IMG/VR virus record: IMGVR_UViG_2909435987_000002
DNA length: 64,000 bases
Source of the DNA: a virus
Direction: 5' to 3' (one strand)
The position numbers and the translations under genes are program-made. Position 1 is the stretch's first letter, and every line of letters starts with the position of its first letter. Below, piece by piece: positions 58,460 to 64,000 of this stretch. Below the pieces are notes generated by a model that was not told where the DNA came from, ran no database searches, and saw nothing but the letters and a program-made list of their open reading frames with translations.

Positions 58460-58763
58460 AAAAGGTACTAATGAGAGTTATAGAAAAGCACACACAGCTC
58501 ACAGAATGTTTAAGTTCAGATTAAATACATCTACATTATCTTGGGAGGATAGACAGACCCTCTTAGAAGAGAAAACTAGAGAAAGATTAAGTTATCTAGA
58601 AAAAGAAGGGAAGACAATAGAGAGATTATTTATCCAAGTTCTTAATGATAATGAAGATGAATATGATGAATTAATTGACTTTCTAGATGAAGACTCTCCT
58701 AATAATAGTGTTCTACTAGGTATAGATCCTATGTGGGATGTCTATGGTAAAGAAGAAGATTAG
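58404..58763 (+). CDS. Hypothetical protein (119 aa; the start may instead be the ATG at 58446)
   Basis: GGGAGGA RBS 4 nt before the ATG at 58404. Overlaps the upstream gene by 56 nt in another frame. Confidence 0.4.
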   Translation: MNNVIICLVVVTVGMVLTRKGTNESYRKAHTAHRMFKFRLNTSTLSWEDRQTLLEEKTRERLSYLEKEGKTIERLFIQVLNDNEDEYDELIDFLDEDSPNNSVLLGIDPMWDVYGKEED

Positions 58764-58769
58764 TGATTA

Positions 58770-58797
58770 GGGCGGCATAACTAGCCGCCTATTTTAG
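58770..58797 (+). terminator. GC-hairpin terminator (GGGCGGC-ataacta-GCCGCC + TATTTTAG)
   Basis: Same stem as the 57608 terminator. Its loop is the exact reverse complement of that one. Confidence 0.65.
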
Positions 58798-58820
58798 TTA
58801 AATAGACTAGTGAGGTATAT

Positions 58821-58973
58821 ATGATTGATCCAGATAGACCTAGTGATCCAATAGTAATAATAGATGATCCTAACTATTGGACTCTACCTAACTTACTAGG
58901 AAACTTATTAGCAGCAGCTCAAGAAGATCATCCAGAACAATTTCCTAGAGATGAAGATAGTCCAGAGTATTAA
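58821..58973 (+). CDS. Small acidic ORF (50 aa), not in the ORF track
   Basis: ATG preceded by TGAGGT. Encodes MIDPDRPSDPIVIIDDPNYWTLPNLLGNLLAAAQEDHPEQFPRDEDSPEY. Confidence 0.3.
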   Translation: MIDPDRPSDPIVIIDDPNYWTLPNLLGNLLAAAQEDHPEQFPRDEDSPEY

Positions 58974-58983
58974 GGTAAGTTAA

Positions 58984-59013
58984 TATATTTCTATTGAATT
59001 CAATAGAAATATA
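58984..59013. promoter_or_regulatory. 30-bp perfect palindrome overlapping the RBS and start of gene 59013
   Basis: ATATATTTCTATTGA|ATTCAATAGAAATATAT, centred on GAATTC. Related half-site to the 37544 palindrome (TCTAT(AT)TGAA). Confidence 0.6.
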
Positions 59014-59390
59014 TGTACTGTGGTCTTATGATTCTCTCTTCTCAAGAGATTAAGTGCCCTTTTATAGATTTAACTTTCTATAGAAAGGGACTTATTAATG
59101 AAGGATTCAAAGGAAAGTTTGAAGTAGTACAGAGAATTAGAAAAGGTAAATTTCATTTCACTGGCTGCTTCTGTGAAGAATTATTTGAATACTTTGATTC
59201 TAGTGAACACTGGGGACTAATAGAAATGCAAGATGAGGTAGAAGAAATAACAGCTATATATCTTAGAACTAATAGATTTATGACGGGGGTAGAAGTTAGT
59301 TCTACTAGAGAACATAATATCTACTTTCTAAAAGAAGAAAGAATCAACAGTGACTCTATTGTTAATGAAGTAATAATTGTGAGGGATTAA
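59013..59390 (+). CDS. Hypothetical protein (125 aa)
   Basis: ORF whose start codon overlaps a 30-bp perfect palindrome. Confidence 0.45.
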   Translation: MYCGLMILSSQEIKCPFIDLTFYRKGLINEGFKGKFEVVQRIRKGKFHFTGCFCEELFEYFDSSEHWGLIEMQDEVEEITAIYLRTNRFMTGVEVSSTREHNIYFLKEERINSDSIVNEVIIVRD

Positions 59391-59396
59391 ATAAGT

Positions 59397-59876
59397 ATGA
59401 GGTTGTATAGATTGAGAAGTTTAGTTAGATATATAGCTGCAATATTTCTGTCTTGCTTATCTTCTGGATTAATTGAGATTCTTCACACATTACTCATAGA
59501 CTCCCATTATCTAAAAACAGAGACTAATTTGCTTACAAATATATTTTACGGTCTGATTATAGGAGGCATCAAAGGATATTTAGTTTGCTATGCTTTCATG
59601 CTTACGTATGTAAGAGTATGTGGTACTATGACCAGATTTTCAAAGAATATATTAGTTTTTGTCTTAGCATTTATGGGTACTACTGATATATTAGCTATTG
59701 CCTACACGATATTTAATAAGTATCACGATTCAACTTGGATATGGATAGATATCAACAATATTATTGGAGCTTTGATAATGGTATACACATCTATTGAAAT
59801 TTGCAAATATAGTCATAAAGAGTTGCCTAATAAAATAAATAGTATGTGGTGGGATCTATTTAATACCCTTAGTTAA
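59397..59876 (+). CDS. Polytopic membrane protein (about 4 TM)
   Basis: Four hydrophobic segments. Immediately upstream of the SPFH gene. Confidence 0.5.
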   Translation: MRLYRLRSLVRYIAAIFLSCLSSGLIEILHTLLIDSHYLKTETNLLTNIFYGLIIGGIKGYLVCYAFMLTYVRVCGTMTRFSKNILVFVLAFMGTTDILAIAYTIFNKYHDSTWIWIDINNIIGALIMVYTSIEICKYSHKELPNKINSMWWDLFNTLS

Positions 59877-59938
59877 TTTGTTTAGTGGTTCACACTCATC
59901 CATAAAAAGTGTAGTACACATTTCTAAAGAGCAATAAG

Positions 59939-60694
59939 ATGAAAGTATTTCAGTTAATTAGTTTGTTAGTAGGTTCTATTCTGGCTTTATTGATTTGGTT
60001 TGGTTCTGTAATAATCGTTCAGAGCGGTGAGGTTGGAGTTGTATATCACTTTGGTAAGGTTAGTCAAGAGACTCTTAGCCCCGGATTAAACTTTGCAATA
60101 CCCTTTATCACTAGTGTTAAAAGCTTAGATGTTAAGACACAAGCTGATGAAGAATTGTTCGTTACTTTATCTAAAGATGGTCAAGAGATAAAGGTAGCTG
60201 CTACAGCAACTTATAATAATAATCCTTTAGTTGCCGCAGATACAGCTATTCATATTGGTCTAGAGAATAGTTTGATTAAGAAGATAGCTCTCCAGCCTAA
60301 ACTTCTTTCTACTGTAAAGACAGTAATAGCTGAATACACTATGAATGACATAATTTCTAACCAAGCTGGTATCTCTGAAGAGATTGAGCAAAGGATTATT
60401 AAAGAGCTAGAAAGTCAGCCAAATATAATATTGACTGCTATTAATGTTACAGGAATTAGCTTAGATCCCCAAGTACAACAGTCAATAGAAAATAAAGTAA
60501 TAGCTTCTCAGAAGAAAGAACAGGCTAAGATTGATAATGAGACAGCTCAGATTACAGCCCAGACTAATAAAGTGTTAGCTGATAGTCTATCTCCAATCCT
60601 AGTTCAACAGCAGGCTATTGAGAAATGGAGCGGTCAATCTAGTGTATTTAGTTTAGGAGATAATAAACAACCTGTAATTGTTCAAAGTAAATAA
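59939..60694 (+). CDS. SPFH/band-7 (stomatin/prohibitin/HflC-like) protein with N-terminal TM anchor
   Basis: N-terminal TM helix followed by VQSGEVGVVYHFGKVSQETLSPGLNFAIPFITSVKSLDVKTQ, typical of the SPFH domain. Confidence 0.65.
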   Translation: MKVFQLISLLVGSILALLIWFGSVIIVQSGEVGVVYHFGKVSQETLSPGLNFAIPFITSVKSLDVKTQADEELFVTLSKDGQEIKVAATATYNNNPLVAADTAIHIGLENSLIKKIALQPKLLSTVKTVIAEYTMNDIISNQAGISEEIEQRIIKELESQPNIILTAINVTGISLDPQVQQSIENKVIASQKKEQAKIDNETAQITAQTNKVLADSLSPILVQQQAIEKWSGQSSVFSLGDNKQPVIVQSK

Positions 60695-60716
60695 TCCCAC
60701 TTGATTCATTAATACA

Positions 60717-60741
60717 TTAGCTATATAGTTCTTATAGCTAG
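60717..60741 (+). promoter_or_regulatory. Hairpin 23 nt after the SPFH gene stop
   Basis: TAGCTATA-tagttct-TATAGCTA. Confidence 0.35.
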
Positions 60742-60978
60742 TGTATTCTAGAAGGTAGTAACACAGAGGAATATTATTCCTTTAGACTCTAGTATTAAGA
60801 TTAGGGAGTATTAGGTTTACTACCACATGGCAGATATTAAGCTACAGTGCGCTTACCTGGCTCATAACCAGAGTTCTTTACTAGGTGCAACTCCTAGGTC
60901 TGCTTTTAAATATTGAATATTACTTTCTCATATATTTCTTCATTAATAAGGTAGTAAGTAGTTACCTTATAGAAGAAT

Positions 60979-61176
60979 ATGAATAAGTGGTTTAGGATTT
61001 TATTTATCAATAGAAAGAATAGAAATCTAGATTGCTATAGTGGATTATATAGTGAGCCTAGTGATGCTCTTATTGATGCCGCCCTCTATAGAGAGAATCT
61101 AGAGGGTGAAGTAGATTGTTATTTAGTAGAAGAAGATCTAGAAATAGAAGGAGAAATTAATGTCTATCAAAATTAG
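60979..61176 (+). CDS. Small acidic protein, paralog family (65 aa)
   Basis: YSEPSDALIDAALYRENLEGEVDCYLVEEDLEIEGE. Confidence 0.5.
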   Translation: MNKWFRILFINRKNRNLDCYSGLYSEPSDALIDAALYRENLEGEVDCYLVEEDLEIEGEINVYQN

Positions 61177-61494
61177 AAAGTCTGTATTTGAAACTAATTC
61201 CTTAATATTGGGGCGTTAACTTAGTGATAAGTTAAATGAATTGGATAAATTGCTGGAAGGCCTTCATATATGTACGGTTAATCAGCAGCCAAGATAGTCT
61301 TAGGTTAAAAGAGACTATAGGGTTCAGAGCATAGAGGTTGAGCCTAACAATAATACCTCCACGAACATCCAACATCTTTATAAGATGATGATATATGCCG
61401 AACTTACAAGATGATAAATTGTAAGAAGTAAAGATAAAAAGCTTTACGATAACAGAACGCAAGTAGCCATAGTCTAGCTATTAATACTACAGAC

Positions 61495-62220
61495 ATGTTA
61501 CTAGATACTATTATTCCAGATAAGAATGGAAGAGTAATTATTAATAGCGGCAAGTTTGGTTGGGAATGGAATAAGTTTAATGATGCATATACTAAAGCTA
61601 GTTATGCTCTTACTGCTCTTTTATATGTTGATTTACCTCTTATAGAAGAAGCTACTCAGAATCTACATGACGTTATTAAAGAGCAGACTCTAAGTGAAGA
61701 AGTAGTACTTAATCTACCTAGTGAAGATTGGGATAGTCGTAACTATGGTTATATAGATCATCAATCAGTAGAGAGGGGTCAGATGAATGCAGTTCTATTA
61801 GATAAGAGTAAACTGCATAACTTTATCTTCAATAAGAAGAGTTGGTTATTTCTAGGTAATGATAATGAAGAGGCCCCCAATAAATTCTATGATACTGAGG
61901 ATAAAGTATATAATTGGAAATTAGTCTTTACTAATTATCCTAGTATTACTCAATGGGAGTTTGAAGAATTTCCTGATAGAGATAAACTAATAGAAGCTAT
62001 TGAGGGATTATGTTTAAGGTTTACTAGAAAGGGCAATCAATATATTCCTGAAGAAAGACCTTATTACTATAGTAGCGATGAAGAGTATTATGAGTTTCCT
62101 TATAACGAAGATAAAAGGAAGGTAACTGATACTACTATTGAGTTTGTAGAAGATATTTGGAGTAGGGATATAGAACCTAGAAAGTTAGTTGTTAACTATA
62201 CCATAGAAAAGATTAAATAG
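61495..62220 (+). CDS. Hypothetical acidic protein (241 aa)
   Basis: ORF. Confidence 0.45.
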   Translation: MLLDTIIPDKNGRVIINSGKFGWEWNKFNDAYTKASYALTALLYVDLPLIEEATQNLHDVIKEQTLSEEVVLNLPSEDWDSRNYGYIDHQSVERGQMNAVLLDKSKLHNFIFNKKSWLFLGNDNEEAPNKFYDTEDKVYNWKLVFTNYPSITQWEFEEFPDRDKLIEAIEGLCLRFTRKGNQYIPEERPYYYSSDEEYYEFPYNEDKRKVTDTTIEFVEDIWSRDIEPRKLVVNYTIEKIK

Positions 62221-62228
62221 ATAGAACA

Positions 62229-63119
62229 ATGGAATTACTAAAGAGATACCAGAATGGAAACGTTCTGGTTTCTTTGTATAAAGATGGCACTCGTCATCTT
62301 GAATATGAAGGAACCCTAGAACTTGAATATCCTTTAAATATTGACATAACTGTTTCTAGTAGATGTAGTAATGGTATAGATCCTAGAACTGGTAAAGCTA
62401 TCTGTTCTTATTGCCATGTAAGTGCTAGAAGGGATGGAGTAGAAGGTGACTATAAAGTCCTTAAGAAAAGGTTATTACCTTTACCTAGAGGAATAGAGTT
62501 AGCTATAGCTGTCAATGAGTTTACTAAGAGACTAATGGAATTCTTAGAGTGGGCTAATGAAATAGGATTTGTAGTTAACTTAACAGTTAATCAGATACAT
62601 TTACCTAAATATAAGGGATATATTAACTGGTTAATTAACCAGGATATAGTTAAGGGATTAGGTATCTCTTATAGAAAAGGATATGAATCTAATAATGTTC
62701 TTTTTCTATTAGAGTATGAGAATACTGTACTGCATTGTATTGCTGGACTAGATAATATAAATACTATTCTAGAAAGTCCCTACAATAAGGTACTAATACT
62801 TGGCTATAAAAATCTAGGTCTAGGTAAAGAGTTCTATGACTTAGATCCTCTTTCTATTGAGAGGAATATAAGAGAGTGGCAAATGTGGTTACCTAAGCTA
62901 TTTGGTAAGAAGATAGTTAGCTTTGATAATTTAGCCATTGAACAACTGAACGTTAAGAGATTCTTTAGTAAAAGAAGCTGGGAAGTATTTTACCAAATGG
63001 AAGAAAGTATCTACATAGATACTGTAGAAGGGATATATAGTCCTTCAAGTAGAGATGTAGATAAGAAAGTTAGTTGGAATGATCTAGAGATTAAAGATTA
63101 CTTTAGGAGTTTGAAATGA
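62229..63119 (+). CDS. Hypothetical protein with a radical-SAM-like Cys motif of non-canonical spacing (C-x12-C-x2-C)
   Basis: ITVSSRCSNGIDPRTGKAICSYCH near the N-terminus, in the position where radical SAM enzymes carry CxxxCxxC. QueE-type enzymes tolerate insertions here. Confidence 0.3.
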   Translation: MELLKRYQNGNVLVSLYKDGTRHLEYEGTLELEYPLNIDITVSSRCSNGIDPRTGKAICSYCHVSARRDGVEGDYKVLKKRLLPLPRGIELAIAVNEFTKRLMEFLEWANEIGFVVNLTVNQIHLPKYKGYINWLINQDIVKGLGISYRKGYESNNVLFLLEYENTVLHCIAGLDNINTILESPYNKVLILGYKNLGLGKEFYDLDPLSIERNIREWQMWLPKLFGKKIVSFDNLAIEQLNVKRFFSKRSWEVFYQMEESIYIDTVEGIYSPSSRDVDKKVSWNDLEIKDYFRSLK

Positions 63120-63565
63120 ATTTAAAGGTTATTAGTTTTGGGGCCTTACTTTTTATTGCATCTATAGCAGTCAATAAATGTAGTATGCCTATAAAGAATT
63201 TAACTGTTTTAAATAATGAAATAGTTTATTCGATAGATAGTAATCAGAACTACTCTATTAGAGATTTAACTGATCAGGTAGCTATATGTTATTACTCTAA
63301 AGATGTATTAAATGTTAGTAGTCTAGGGCCTATCTTAAATTGGGATATTGTTAATAAAATATCCATGTTTCTAGAAGGTCAGAAAGATGCTAGTAAAGTA
63401 GGGGTTACTGTTAAACCTTGGGTTAATACTCTAACTATTCCTGAATGTTTGGCTTCTTTAGAAGAAGAAAAGAATAGACAAGATATTAATCATATCTACT
63501 TAGTAGAGAAAGATAACTTTAGTTGGAAGGAGAGTCTAATAAGACCTCTAGAAAGGAAAGAATAA
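63116..63565 (+). CDS. Secreted/periplasmic protein with signal peptide (149 aa)
   Basis: MNLKVISFGALLFIASIAVNKCS hydrophobic N-terminus. Confidence 0.45.
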   Translation: MNLKVISFGALLFIASIAVNKCSMPIKNLTVLNNEIVYSIDSNQNYSIRDLTDQVAICYYSKDVLNVSSLGPILNWDIVNKISMFLEGQKDASKVGVTVKPWVNTLTIPECLASLEEEKNRQDINHIYLVEKDNFSWKESLIRPLERKE

Positions 63566-63578
63566 AGGGAGTTTAAAT

Positions 63579-63785
63579 ATGAGTGTAAAACTATTTAAAC
63601 CAATGTATACCAATGTAAAAGATGGAAGAATGCATTCTGGTAGAAATTGGTATCAGAATATAGCTGATTGTTTAATAGAAGCCTCTCATTACTGTGATGA
63701 ATTTAGGAAGTATAGAGGCATTTTATTAGAATGTCATTTAATAGAAACTGAGTTATTTACAGATGAGGAAAAGACATGGGAGTAA
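63579..63785 (+). CDS. Small acidic protein, paralog family (68 aa)
   Basis: YQNIADCLIEASHYCDEF...LIETELF. RBS AAGGGAG. Confidence 0.5.
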   Translation: MSVKLFKPMYTNVKDGRMHSGRNWYQNIADCLIEASHYCDEFRKYRGILLECHLIETELFTDEEKTWE

Positions 63786-64000
63786 TCTATAGCTTATTCA
63801 GAGCTGTATTTAGAGTTAAGGGAGAAGAAGACGTATCTAGAACTAGTGAATACTTTTCTAATCCTGCTGACGCTATGATATTTGGTGCTGAATATGCTAC
63901 TGAATGTCAAGAAGAAGATAATGAAGAACTAGAAGTATACATTGTTGAAGAAAGAGATAGCTGGTATCCAATATCAGAGGAAGATGAAGAAGTAGAGTGA
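63776..64000 (+). CDS. Small acidic protein, paralog family (74 aa)
   Basis: FSNPADAMIFGAEYATECQEEDNEELEVYIVEERD. Overlaps the previous paralog. Confidence 0.5.
   Translation: MGVIYSLFRAVFRVKGEEDVSRTSEYFSNPADAMIFGAEYATECQEEDNEELEVYIVEERDSWYPISEEDEEVE

Noticed and set aside
60750-60905. tRNA-like features: a 7-bp acceptor-like pairing GGTAGTA...TACTACC 71 nt apart, an anticodon-loop-like CTGG-cTCATAa-CCAG with CAT, and a 5-bp stem / 7-nt loop T-arm-like hairpin
   Set aside because: The pieces are not arranged as a cloverleaf: the D and T arms are missing or non-canonical, the acceptor does not pair with the CAT-loop segment, and there is no TTC T-loop. This is more likely generic hairpins or a degenerate remnant.
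61210-61290. GGGGCG... segment that resembles a tRNA 5' end
   Set aside because: No complementary 3' acceptor strand is present. The only clean structure is an 8-bp stem with a GTGA loop.
61232-61462. 76-aa minus-strand ORF in the ORF-poor region
   Set aside because: It is hydrophobic and low-complexity with no RBS, and it overlaps the predicted hairpins. Probably spurious.
1-64000. CRISPR arrays, rRNA, integrase/att sites, transposases
   Set aside because: None were seen. The only sizeable direct repeat is the 2 x 40-bp duplication at 57411-57490.

Overview
The window is a gene-dense, AT-rich (about 30% GC) phage genome segment with two divergent blocks. From about 41.9 kb down to the window start, a long minus-strand late operon encodes virion structure and assembly proteins. 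In transcription order these are: a gene pair joined by a canonical A_AAA_AAG -1 frameshift site, a portal, a scaffold-like protein, an HK97-type major capsid protein, neck and fibre proteins, a tail sheath and tube, and a baseplate, spike and fibre block. That last block contains three peptidoglycan hydrolases, a flavoprotein-monooxygenase-like gene and two HNH homing endonucleases. A plus-strand moron cluster (Dps-like, unknown, SWIM zinc finger) sits between the scaffold and portal genes. Diverging from the structural operon at about 42.0 kb is a single 3703-aa ORF with a TTG start and an Arg-rich N-terminus. It carries a GGDFDGD aspartate-triad motif typical of double-psi beta-barrel (multisubunit-type) RNA polymerases, so it looks like a giant single-chain phage RNAP of the crAss-like gp66 / YonO kind, yet it sits in what appears to be a contractile-tailed phage. 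Downstream, from 53 to 56 kb, is a small minus-strand operon that includes a PAAR-repeat protein. From 55.8 kb to the window end is a plus-strand block of early or accessory genes: a WecG/TagA-family glycosyltransferase, a polytopic membrane protein plus an SPFH/band-7 protein, and a five-member paralog family of small acidic proteins, one copy of which is broken by a perfect 40-bp tandem duplication. There is also a radical-SAM-like protein, a secreted protein, and an 800-bp ORF-poor, hairpin-rich region. Three near-identical GC-rich terminators (GGCGGC-N7-GCCGCC plus a T-tract) and two long perfect palindromes that overlap start codons are the clearest regulatory signals. No rRNA, tRNA or CRISPR was found. 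All functional calls rest on motifs read by eye and should be confirmed by HMM or structure searches.
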